64,000 nt of DNA from Lingula anatina (Eukaryota; Animalia; Brachiopoda), in contig CM120644.1 of assembly GCA_051362555.1 (NCBI GenBank), positions 3,356,954-3,420,953 on the forward strand. Direction: 5' to 3'. The notes under the pieces were generated by a model that worked only from the letters and a program-made list of their open reading frames with translations, was not told the DNA's origin and searched no databases. Every line of letters starts with the position of its first letter. Positions within the stretch are counted from its first letter, which is position 1. Shown here in pieces: positions 10,901 to 29,088 of the stretch. A program made the translations under genes and the position numbers.

Positions 10901-13012
10901 GTGTTAAACTGTTAATCTGCTTAGAGTCCCTGCGAAGGTGAATCGATCTGGGTGGAGCAAAAGGTTCATTGGGAATGAGCCCCTAAACATAACGTAAGGA
11001 TCAGTCAGTTAAAAGAGTTGAACACTATGGCAGTTTTGTCAGTAGCTTGTTGCCTTGAACGATCTCAGAGGGCTATTAAACTAAGGAGACTCTCCCTTTA
11101 ATCAACAGTATTATTATCGGATATCAATTTTTTTTTCAGGGGAATTTGACGGGAAAAAGTTTAACACTGACCAAACCATGGCCAAAATTTTAGACTTTGG
11201 CCCCGACTTCACCGCCATTCAGACGTGGAATAATTATATGGACGATCGATTGTTGATTATGGGGTGGATGTGGTGAGGCGACAACGTTTTTTTCCTCTGG
11301 TTAAAGCTAATAATGGGGCATTTTATGGCTTCTTCAAATATATTATGGGACCCTTTACGGTTTTACAAAAAGTCTCAAGTTATTGCTCTTTAAGGTGATA
11401 CCTAGAGTGGTAAGATCGAATAGTCGACTACGTTAAGTAGTCTTTGTGATATTAACCAAAGAGCTTTTACATATGCACATTTAGGGAGTACATTTGTTAC
11501 ATCATTTCTACTTAATCCAAGCTATGCCACCATAGTGTCACAATAATATAACTTAAAGAAATGCAGCAGAGTTTTTCCCCTTTATTTCTTAAAAATGATG
11601 TTTGAACAATTTTAAATGTTTTTTCTCCGTGACTTCTGGAATGGAGGGGAAAGTAGGTCAAATATACGACCAGAAATTTTTAACAAGGTGCAGTCTAATG
11701 CCCTTTTTATGATACCCGATAGATAAATCTGATTTGTTGTTCTTTTTCTTCTAAATCCTTTTGCATTACAATGTTATTTGTGCTTTGTATGAAACTGGTA
11801 CTAGCCATGACATTTGATTTGATTTTTTTAGATTTTATCTCGGAAGATTATTGATCCCTAACTGATTTTTTTTATTTTCTTATTTTGCCCTAGCGTTTGG
11901 GAGATGTGTCGGTATCATCCGACGCGGCCTTGGCAGGGGGTCCAGTCCTTAACTCGCGTGCTGTCTCTGGAGAGGGAAAACGGAGAACTTCTTCTTGTAC
12001 AAAAGCCGATCAAAGAAGTCGAAAAATTGAGGACTGGGGTTGTCTGGGAGATAAGAAACGCCAAGATTTCAACGGTAAGTGACCATAGCTCTTATACTAC
12101 CCTAACTACCCTAAGTGACTGCTTATACTGTCGGCTTCTTTACCTACTTGATATGTATTGCAAGCGCCATTTTCATGTGCTTCAGGTTGTGTAAAACATA
12201 TTTGTTTGTCTAAAACCCAATTTCACTCACTAGCTGCGGGACATTTTGTTGAGCTGGTGCCGTTCAATATCTTTCAGATCAGTAAAAACCTGCAGGCAAA
12301 AAACGTGAGGGGTCGATTGCTAGAAATCATCGTCCAACTCAAACCCAAACCAAAGACTCGAATTGTGGGTTTGAAGCTCATGGCTGGTGAAACGGAACAC
12401 ACGGTTGTTGGATACGACCATGTTAATCGGGAAATATTTATAAATAGGTCAATGAGTGGCCATATTGTTCAGGGTAAAGGAATGGGAGTTTTCTACAATG
12501 CAAACGTCACCCTGCAGGCGGGCTCGCTTAAACTGCATATGTTTCTTGACTGGTCATCCGTGGAACTATTCGCCAATGACGGGCGACAAGTGATCACCAC
12601 ACTCATTTTTCCACAGAATGAAACTAGTGATGGCCTTGACGCTTACTGTGAGGGAGAAGATGTCCACGTGACAAGTATGACGGTTTATCGGTTGAAAACC
12701 ACGTGGGATAGATATTGGTCTGGCAAAAGTCCAAAGTCAATGAAATTACCGTTTTCAAGAAGCACAGATCCCCCTCTCCTAGCAAAAGTTAAGGCAAAGT
12801 TTGCTACCAGAAAAAAATCTATAAAATCAGAGTGTCACTTTCTGATCTGTTACATGTACACTGCTGCTTCAGAAGTTGCCTCGTTGCATTTGTATACTGT
12901 TGTAGTGTCATGTGTTTGTTACGGGCTTTTGATGCTTCTATTATTCAAAACATTAGCGACTATCCGTTTTAGAAACGTGTTATGGGTTGGTCAACGGCAC
13001 AACCAAAAATAG
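6825..13012 (+). CDS. GH32 beta-fructofuranosidase/levanase-like protein, copy B (complete, 616 aa, signal peptide and C-terminal hydrophobic helix)
   Basis: Exons 6825-7038, 7633-7834, 8488-8873, 11140-11272, 11894-12074, 12278-13012 total 1851 nt with an open frame. Hydrophobic N-terminus MIRSLTLLLIFIILQPASIHS; RPQYHFT...FMNDPCG (nucleophile Asp), YHLFY, FRDP, WETP. Colinear with Bacillus SacC-type levanases as recalled. Tail LYTVVVSCVCYGLLMLLLF is followed by basic residues. Confidence 0.94.
8084..8413 (+). mobile_element. TTAA-target MITE (Kolobok-like), copy in GH32-B intron 2
   Basis: Highly similar to 33571-33908; TTAA on both sides; the GH32-A intron has the empty site (tatttaatcatttt, ~1673-1686). 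Confidence 0.82.
9008..9673 (+). mobile_element. Longer member of the TTAA-target MITE family
   Basis: ttaa|agtcataataactc ... gagttattattgct|ttaa; the first ~160 bp match the short family and the internal part differs. Confidence 0.75.
10038..10284. mobile_element. Fold-back MITE (family A)
   Basis: Internal inverted repeat ctcactaaattgccatcaac / gttgatagcaatttagtgag; reverse-complement match to 51714-51954. Confidence 0.8.
10434..10590. mobile_element. Fold-back MITE (family B)
   Basis: ccgcggatcaaatatggccgacccac / gtgggtcgaccacatttagtccgcgg inverted arms; related copies at ~13345-13555 and ~23470-23612. Confidence 0.65.
10740..10985. mobile_element. Fold-back MITE (family A')
   Basis: Termini gctcgttcccaatgaa / ttcattgggaatgagc; internal gggactct / agagtccc arms. 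Confidence 0.7.
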
Positions 13013-13662
13013 ATTCTTATAAATAAATTCTCATACATAATGAAAGATTATGTTTACGACTGTGGTCTTTGAGTTTACTGATCCTTATGGGAGTGAGATT
13101 GGAAAATGGGACGTGGAAATATTTTACACTTGATTTCACTTCAGTATTTATAATATATATAAATACTAGAATTCTGCTGCACCCAACTGTTTGGGTGCTG
13201 AAGAAAATTTCTGCTTTTTTTTGCTATCGCCACTAAAGCAACGAAAGAAAAAAAATGCAATATATCACAAAAGACGATTGCCATGACAACAGTTTTATGG
13301 GAAAGGCTATAACGATGGAGTGACATGACACTGGCTGCATTCACAACAGATGATCCGTGCACTAAATATGGCCGACCCCACTTTAAAGCAATGCCACCTG
13401 CTACCCCGCAGGGGTTTATCAATTAACCGAGATTTAATCTGCTAAATTGTGTCTTGTGGCGCGTGCAGAGCCGGGGAACCCATTAAGAGATTAGGCGCCC
13501 TTGCTTTCAAATGGATCCGCCTTATTTGATCCGCGAATCTGTTAGTCCGCAGACAGGAAGAGTGGTTGGGTGGACTTAAAATAGAGGTTCAATAACACAG
13601 TTGAATTCAATTTGGTAAAACACGAGGTTTGTTAACAGTTGGTTATCTACCCTCTGCCTAGC

Positions 13663-13790
13663 CTCTACCAGGGCCGCAGATTATATGAACTTTTCTCCAA
13701 TGCAACAATGGACAAATATGCAATGAACGTTAATTAGAGACATATCTGAGAATGTCTGGTGAAACATCAATATGTGGCCCTGGCAGAGGG
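13663..13790. mobile_element. Small TIR MITE (family E)
   Basis: ctctaccagggccgca / tgtggccctggcagag termini; related pieces at ~5300-5345, ~6305-6366, ~14030-14088 and ~17215-17351. Confidence 0.65.
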
Positions 13791-14877
13791 TAGAGGTCAG
13801 CTGTTGTAAATTCCATATTATACAGTGCTTTAATTATTCATATGTTTTACATCAGACTGAGTTGGTGAAAATTTACAGAGATAAATAATAATAATTATAA
13901 TAAATAGCACAAATAAATAGCAAGAAAATTACGTATATAGGTAGGCATCATCATTACACATACATATAAAGTATTTCATAATCATATAAATTATATAAAG
14001 TCTCTCACAGCAGAGAAAAGTGAATTCTAATGGCCAGACACAACTGTAAAAATCTAGTGAATAACCAATCCGCGGCCCTGGGAGAGGTTATATCTTAACC
14101 ACGGTGTCGAAAAACATCGTTCGAATAGAATAATTCCAGTATTATGCAACGGCCGGGCATTTCACTCACATTATCTGCATATGAAAGAAAATCGTGACCT
14201 TCACGCACGCTTGATTTTGTCTGAATACAATCTGAATGGTGATATAACCTGAGTGCAATATGGTTGCTCTCCGCCAGTGTCTGTGGCCTGCAGGCATTAT
14301 TCCTTTATATATAGACATTGTCGCTCAAAAGCTGACTCCCTTGCACGAAATCAATGTTACGAAAACATGGCATTGTAGCTCTGATATTTTAGACAATGCA
14401 TCACGATTTGTACGATGCTACGGTTGTTTAACAGAATGCCAAAACTGCACAGGATCATACCTATGATCCAATATACACATGCATTATGGGTCCTTGGGTC
14501 CAGTAAAAGAGTGCACTTAGATTTACACTTTGGGTTATTTGAAGTAGTGTTAACGCTGGACGGTTGTATATAATCGATATTTCATTATGCCTTTCCACTT
14601 TTATGCATTTCAATGTCCAGCGTAATCCCCATTTAGACAGTTTCAAATTTTGCTTCTGGATAGAATCTGCGCGCTGCTGTCGCTATTTTTTTTTTTCAGT
14701 TAGAGGTTACCTGCTGTATAATTCGTTACAAAAGTTGAACCGAAAATTAATCATATAATCAGTCATATGAACACATGTAGGACACGTTGTTATTTATAAA
14801 GAAAGAGAGGTGATACAAACGTCACTTATCTATACTAAATACAGTGTGAAACGATACAATCCGCCTGACTGTACTAA

Positions 14878-14879
<2 letters not shown>

Positions 14880-14943
<64 letters not shown>
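14880..14943. repeat. Compound (TG)n(AG)n microsatellite
   Basis: Directly visible. Other simple repeats: (TG)n ~16295-16338, (AAT)n ~16867-16934, (CT)n ~23626-23671, (AAT)n ~31354-31409, (TA)n ~60016-60059. Confidence 0.95.
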
Positions 14944-14945
<2 letters not shown>

Positions 14946-15261
14946 TCGCTGCAAATAAAGAGGTCAGCTGAAGCAAATACAAGTAAAATTTGAATTAAGG
15001 AAGTTCTTAATTCACATGTATTACATTTGTTCTTGCTATTTACACTTGTTCTATAACGCTGCTTTTACACGCAATTAGATAACCAAACTCATAGTGACGT
15101 CTTATGCTTCATTGTCAAACGGGTGTAAACTAAAGATGATCGGTAATATTATTTAAACCGTGGCATTAACCACATAGGTTAACATCCCAAGAGGATAAAT
15201 TCGCTTTCTTTACACTGTTATTTCTATGACCAATATCCATGTATATTTCGGTCTTTTTAAG

Positions 15262-15518
15262 ACTGGGTTCCCATGCCTAGATCGATCTAACAGGATCGAT
15301 CTATCTCCAACGGGTTTCTCGCTAAATTACTTTTAACTAAACGGCTAAGATGTCTGGCACGCCTACTGAAGCCGCTTAACGATAGTTAATTACACCCTAA
15401 CAGCTTCAGTGGGCGTGCGAAACATCTAAGCCGCTTAATTTGATAGCAATTTAGTGAGAATCCCCTTGGAGATAGATTGATCCAATGTTAGTACGATAGG
15501 CTCTGGGAATGGTCCCTA
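15262..15518. mobile_element. Fold-back MITE (family A), near full length
   Basis: ttcccatgccta ... taggctctgggaa termini with nested inverted arms (ctatctccaa/ttggagatag, cacgcc..ctgaagc/gcttcag..ggcgtg). Confidence 0.82.
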
Positions 15519-16294
15519 AGTGTGCCCGTCCCGGGCACTATTATCCCAACTCCCTCTATTTGGTATGACTAGAAAGCGTAAACATAGTTGTAACAAAGAA
15601 CTGAGGCCATTAGATTATGTAATCTCGGGGTGGGTCAGAGCTAGGGATTATATCGGATATAATTCCCTGGTCAGAGATAAAATCAAGTTCAGATATTATA
15701 TTAGCATCAGGTATGTCCTGTCCTTAGCTACATGTACATATGACGTAGGTAGACCATATAAAACTAGCACTCGTGAGAACGCAGACCTCTGTCAAGACAG
15801 CTAAATTTTTGAAATCAAGGGATCCCCGCCACAATCTAATCAGTACTAAGACGTACATTTCTGATTTATCCTGAATGTTTGTTTGTTTTTTTTTTTTTTT
15901 TTTTTTTTTATCAAAATAGACCCATAATTTTTTGAGGTAAGTTGTTACATGAAACTAACAAACCAACAGAGACAAAAACATGACAGGAAGTAGAGTCCTT
16001 GGCGCTTGATAACAGAACTAGACAATACGTTAATTATTACAGAAATATTTGTTTATATTCTTTATATATGTATACCGACAAAAAACAACAACATGTTAAA
16101 AGAAAATGGGAAAATATTGATCGCATATTACAACTTAATTGACAAGCAACAAGCTGATGATATACCTCTTAGAATTTCAATTGTAAGGTTAACAACATGA
16201 ATTGTCAATCTCTATTTTCTACCCGTTTATGCAATACTGTAACTGTACATTTTTTTTATTTTTACTGAGAGTGAAAGAGAGTCCAAGTATGTAA

Positions 16295-16340
<46 letters not shown>

Positions 16341-16477
16341 CTGTGCGATTCATAAGCCAAAAACTGTAAGATTGTATATTTATTTGCTACTGAATAAAAA
16401 AAATCCTGTTTGATCCCATCTGACCCGAACCGTCTGAATTCCCCGTGATAAAATTTCTGTGATTTTAAGTTTGGCAA

Positions 16478-16508
<31 letters not shown>

Positions 16509-16863
16509 CTAAGGGCCGACTTTTAAAGACAAGAGAGACCGCTCCCATTGTCGCCCAAAAACCGCAATGCGCTCCACTTATACACAAGATAAACACACCC
16601 GTTGCGCGCGGCGCACCTAACACATTTACAAATAAACAAACGTCTCATTCATTTTATAGCCTGTGGGTCAATTTTTAAGAGGGGGGAGGTGTTATTAACC
16701 TGTCTTTGCTGTATTAACCTGGCCTTGCTGCATCAACATTTTTATAGTCATTTTGGACGTGGCTGTAAACTTGTCAAGAATTCAGGGCTTAAACAGTAGT
16801 GCTTTTAATTACGATTTAATAGATTAACAACTAACGATATCTTGCAATTCTGAATTCAGGTCG

Positions 16864-16907
<44 letters not shown>

Positions 16908-17385
16908 GTAATAATAATAATAATAATAATAATATAAAACAAATAAAAATAGTATTTAAAAATAAATTCAGGAGCTTACAGGATCGTAGGTGGAATGTTG
17001 AAGTAATATAGCTATAGTCTAAGAGTGGGTTCATAAAATAACAATGAAATGATTGAATGACTAGACAATATAATAAATGATTTTCAAGAGCAGTATCTCA
17101 CAAGACACCTTCAGCTATTGAGCCTGTCATTGGAATTTTTTAACATTAACTTAAGCAATCAGTTATATAAACGTATATTGTAAGTATGAGTGCGTCATGC
17201 ACCTGTTACGTACCCTCTACCAGGGCCACAGATCAAATTTTCATTAGATATCCACAGATATGTATCTGGTTAAATTGACGTTTATTCTCTGTGCTGTACG
17301 CATCAGAGAAACTGTTCACATAATAAAAAAAACTGCAGCCCTAGTACAGAGTACCTGATCAGCGTTTTTGTTGGCTCCAGTGATG

Positions 17386-24672
<7,287 letters not shown>

Positions 24673-24848
24673 CACTCAATCTCTGTATTGTACTATCAGC
24701 TGTCATGCTATGCCATTTCTGCCGGCTTGTGGGGTCTTGTGCGGTAAGAAATCTCGATATGACCTTGACCTCATTTTTAACGCATAGCCGAAGTCCATGC
24801 TTAGCCTAGCCACAATCAACAGCAGTGAGAATTTTATGGGTCGTAAGT

Positions 24849-25326
24849 CAGGGCCGTAGCCTCCGGGGGGCAGGGGGGGGGGGGGGGCAGCTGCCCCCCC
24901 CCCCCCTGGGATTTGAGGTGCACAAAAAAAAAAAATAAATAATAATAATAATAATAATCGTAAAGGTAAAAAAAAATAATTGCAAAGTTGGTATCAGTTC
25001 TGTGAGAAAATGCACTCATGGCCACTAGACAATCATTCAACAATCTGTTTACAAAGGTGTAGGGGCCTACTGTTTTTAGCCAACTCAGTTCATGCCAAAA
25101 AGTCCAATTGGCGTGTTGTGTTGAAAAAATGACTGGCAAAATGAACCCACAATTTCTGACTTCTGATTGAGCAATAAATAACAGTTAAAATGCACCAGAA
25201 TGCAGTATTATACAACAGTTTTTAAAAATTCCCCCCCCCCCCCCCCCCCCGGGGGGCTTCGCCCCTTCGTGCCCGCTTACTGCCCCCCCCCCCCCTCCCT
25301 GGCATTTTGCTCAGGCTACGGCTCTG
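24849..25326. mobile_element. MITE with cagggccgtagcc TIRs and 5-bp TSD (hAT5-like by TSD)
   Basis: taagt|cagggccgtagcct ... aggctacggctctg|taagt; G/C homopolymer subterminal tracts; about 180 bp upstream of the ABHD6-like ATG. Confidence 0.8.
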
Positions 25327-27693
25327 TAAGTATTTCACTGGCATTGATTAACGGGATGCATTGGATTTGGAATGCAGGGATGGGGTTTTGGTAATTTACC
25401 AAAATGATAGATAAAAGTTGGGGCTTTCCGTTTTTATGGACGTATAAAATAAGACTTACGGTATACAATATATGTAGCCATCATCTGCGACCCAGTCATT
25501 GTCGCAATGAGCACATAGGGAGTGCTTGTAGGCCTACCTCTCGTAAACGATGTGATATCTTGGACTGTAAAACATCTCTAGTCAGAAATCAAACCTGAGT
25601 GGATTTGATTTTTTATGAATTGTTATAAAATTAAATGTTGACATTTCCCAGTAGTGATATCGATGCGTCTAAAATACTGTGCTAGTTATTTTTAATAAAA
25701 GTCCACATTTTAAAGAGATAACAGTTGTTCATATAAGATTCTAAAGTTCACAATAAATACATTGTAAATTAGCATATTGCGATAAGCAAGGCCAAAGGGG
25801 GGGGGGGGCATATAAAAAACAAAATGCGTGGTTAGGTAAAGCAATAGCGGCAATGCGACTTTAGAAAAAAACTTCTTATAGATAAACCCAGCGACTGCGC
25901 CGTGACTGACCCGCCCACCCTCCGTACATACGACTTTCTTCTTATAGTGATCAAACGCACTTTTTAAAAATTATTTCGAGCTAAAAACATCACACTGGAA
26001 AATTGGGATTTCGAACCCGCAAATTAATGCTGGGTTATTTTCAAGACAGCGTAGCTACCACGGAGCCACAGAAGCTTCGTTGGCAACTATTGGATCAAAT
26101 GGAAACTTTTTACTTTCCCACAGAGAGGGTCAGTTTGGCTGTACATGTAGATATCTGTCATGGCAATCAATAGTCCGTGAGCCGTAAATATGTATTTCAT
26201 CCCACGCAACTCCAGTCGGCGAACACAGTATTATCATCAACATTGTTAAACTTCATCATGTACACGAGGACTTATTTGAGAAGCCGACACTGAGCGTTTC
26301 TAGATAGATTACTTTTTTTTTTTTGCGTTGACTTTGTTTTATGCTGAAATTAAGTTTGGCTTCGCCAATGACGTTGAAGACCACAATGGGACGGTTTTAG
26401 GTTTAGCAACCCCATTAGAAAAGGGAATCGTTAAAAAAACTTTAAATATGAATAACCTGAAGCACTTTCCATTCAAGCATTCAAGCGATGAAACTAATTT
26501 TGAGAAAAATATAATTGGCAAATAAATCCGCCGGGAAGATCCATTTTTTCCTGCTGACCGCAGTTTACAGGTGGTATGACGTGGCCCTTTAACGGGAAAG
26601 CTACTTAATTTATTCAAGTAACGTTGCTTTTTTTTATAAGCCTTCCCGGAACGTTCCTATTTAGATGATTTCAGATGCTGTTATTTTCATTTTGTTTTAC
26701 ACTGAGTTTACGTTTGACTTCACCTGTGACGTTATATAGAGCACAGTGAGAGCCAAAGGGGTTCACAAATTGGCGGTTTTAGGTGTGAGTAGTCTTTGCC
26801 ATTTGAAACGTGACTGTGGAGAAAAGATACAACGCATGAAGAATAGTTTGTTTTTGGCAAATCGTTTATTAAAGCAAACTTTATTAAGGTAAACTAACGG
26901 CACTTACCATAACAAATAGGAAATTTTCAATATGGGTTTGCATCTAAAGAGACAACAGTGCTGAGGGATTTTAAAACTTTTGTTTTCTTTATCTTTCGTT
27001 TTTTAGACATACTACAAAACAATTTCCTTGGATATAATGTTCTTCTCTTGAATGATATTCCATTATCTTATTTGGCATTGTATTGTTTGTCTTTACTAAC
27101 ACGGGTACTTGTTTCAGTTTCTAGACCAGTGTAATTAAATATCACGTGATATCTGTATGTAAATGTCCGTATGTTGTATCTGAGACTAGTGCCGCTGCGT
27201 TGTTAAAACTCGTCGACACCCAGTGCTGTCCCGAGACACACATCATGTTGCGTCCCCCTTGTTTACTGAAATATGAAACAGAAAATATTAAAGAAAAGAA
27301 GAGATAAATCCATTTTGAACTGTAGACGGCGGGTCGAAGTCACATGTTAGGTTTAAAGCCAATTAATTTTTCTAGTTAGTTTTTCAGCTGAGAGGGGTCT
27401 GATAAGGTGAGGAGGGGGGGGGGGGCGCTTTGGTTCTTGTAAAAGAAGGTGTGGCTGTTTGAGATGAAACACATCAACAGCTTTAGACGTTGCCTATTAG
27501 AGAATTCACCTAAAGTCGTCTGAGGGAATTAATTACATCAAAATTTGTTATAAAACGTATGATTTTCACCTTTCTTAGATAATAATAAATGAAGCAAAAT
27601 ACGAGACAACTATGCTGAAAGGTTTCATTGGACAAAAGCGAAAGGAATTTAAGCTTATTTAAGGGAACGAGGTAGGTTGACGCCATACCTATT

Positions 27694-28254
27694 CTAGTCA
27701 GCGTTTGCCATCATCATCATCATCTGCATCATTTTCTGCATCATTTTTTGCATGTTGCCGTTGCCACCACCGTTACCATTTCCGCCGCTGCCGCCACCGT
27801 TACCGTAACCACCTCCGCTACCACCGCCATTTCCGCCACTGCCGCCACTGCCGCCGCCCATTCCATAACCACCTCCGCTACCACCGCCATTTCCGCCACT
27901 GCCGCCACTGCCGCCGCCCATTCCATAACCACCTCCACTACCACCGCCATTTCCTCCACTGCCGCCACCGTTACCATAACCACCGCCACTGCCTTTCGTG
28001 GTGGCTTGTGTGGGGGCCTGGGTGGGAAGAAGGCACCTGCTGTCAAAGATGGCGCATCCAGGTTCCTCGGCGCCAGCATCAAAACGGGATCCAGGTGCAC
28101 AGCGTTTGGTGGTGTATGAAACATCGTGAGCCAGCCTGGCCTCACAAACCTGGTAGTAACACAGAGTCGGAGACGTCATAAAGTTGCCAACATCCGCCAG
28201 TGAGTTGCAGGGGCCAATTTTGCCTTTGACTGTTTGCCCATTGTTGTTGTTGTT

Positions 28255-28285
<31 letters not shown>

Positions 28286-28986
28286 GAACCGTAACCCACG
28301 TGTCCAGCTGAAAAAGTTAGATAGGGAGGTAAAGTATGATATCAATAAAAGATATATATATATATATGACAAGCAAAAAAATGCAAAACACGTTTGTGTC
28401 GGTAAGACTAAAGAGCTTTATTCGCCATTACTCCAACAAGAGAGAAAGAAAGAGAGATACAGAGAAAATCAGAGAAAGAAAGAGAGAGAAAGAGAGAAAG
28501 AAAAAGAGGGATAGAGAGAGGGCAAGCAAAGGAAGAAAAAGAAAGGTTGTTGAAGATGTAAATTGAAACCATTTGAAAAATATTGAATGTGAATAAATCG
28601 ATAATTGCCTAATCATCAACATGTATGTTAACATGTGTGTGTGTTTTTGTAAATAACTTTACTTTTTTTTGCCAAATCTAGAAATTACATTTTGCAATTT
28701 TTAAGTAGCAAAATTCTACATTTCAACTGTCCCTTGATAAATACGTTCGGCCGTAACATTACAAATAAACAGTACTTCTTACATACCCAGTGATGCTGAC
28801 AAATGGTTTGAGAAAACCTGGCAAATTCAATTGACAATTCCCCCCTAATGATTTACGATTTTTCTTCATTCTAAGCGTGCAGAGAAAGCAAAAGAATCAT
28901 TCAAAGCAAGAAAAGAAAAGGCCAGAAAAAACCCAGGACTTACCCGACACGTATGTCAACAGTAATACTGCAATGAAGCACTTCAT
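27694..28986 (-). CDS. Secreted low-complexity protein (218 aa): signal peptide, poly-Asn, CBM14/peritrophin-A-like six-Cys domain, Gly/Ser/Asn/Tyr repeats, Met-rich C-terminus
   Basis: Exon 1 CDS 28986-28944 (gccATG, MKCFIAVLLLTYVS, G|GTAAGT donor) splices in phase to 28307-27694. Cys spacing C-x15-C-x4-C-x14-C-x14-C-x6-C with CYY and CAPGSRFD motifs; 60-nt GGGYGMGGGSGGSGGNGGGS repeats; ends MQKMMQKMMQMMMMMANAD*. Confidence 0.85.
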
Positions 28987-29081
28987 GGCCACGAATTCCT
29001 CCTCAGATCTGTCGGGCACCGCTCTCAGAGATGACTTCAAGATCAAAATCGCTCTGTCCCCAAGACCGAGACGCTCCACCG

Positions 29082-29088
29082 TTTTATA
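29082..29088 (-). promoter_or_regulatory. Probable TATA box of the Gly/Asn/Met-rich gene
   Basis: TATAAAA on the minus strand in a GC-rich context about 100 bp upstream of the ATG at 28986. Confidence 0.6.

Noticed and set aside
1239-13012. GH32 genes as bacterial contamination or a chimeric assembly
   Set aside because: Five GT-AG introns per gene, host MITE families shared with the ACAA1 and GOLGA4 introns, and AT-rich flanks continuous with the rest of the window.
27705-28181. Overlapping ORFs (His/Arg/Cys-rich 158 aa, Ala/Thr-rich 123 aa, Ala/Val-rich 134 aa)
   Set aside because: Alternate-frame and antisense shadows of the Gly-rich repeat; only the Gly frame joins a signal-peptide exon.
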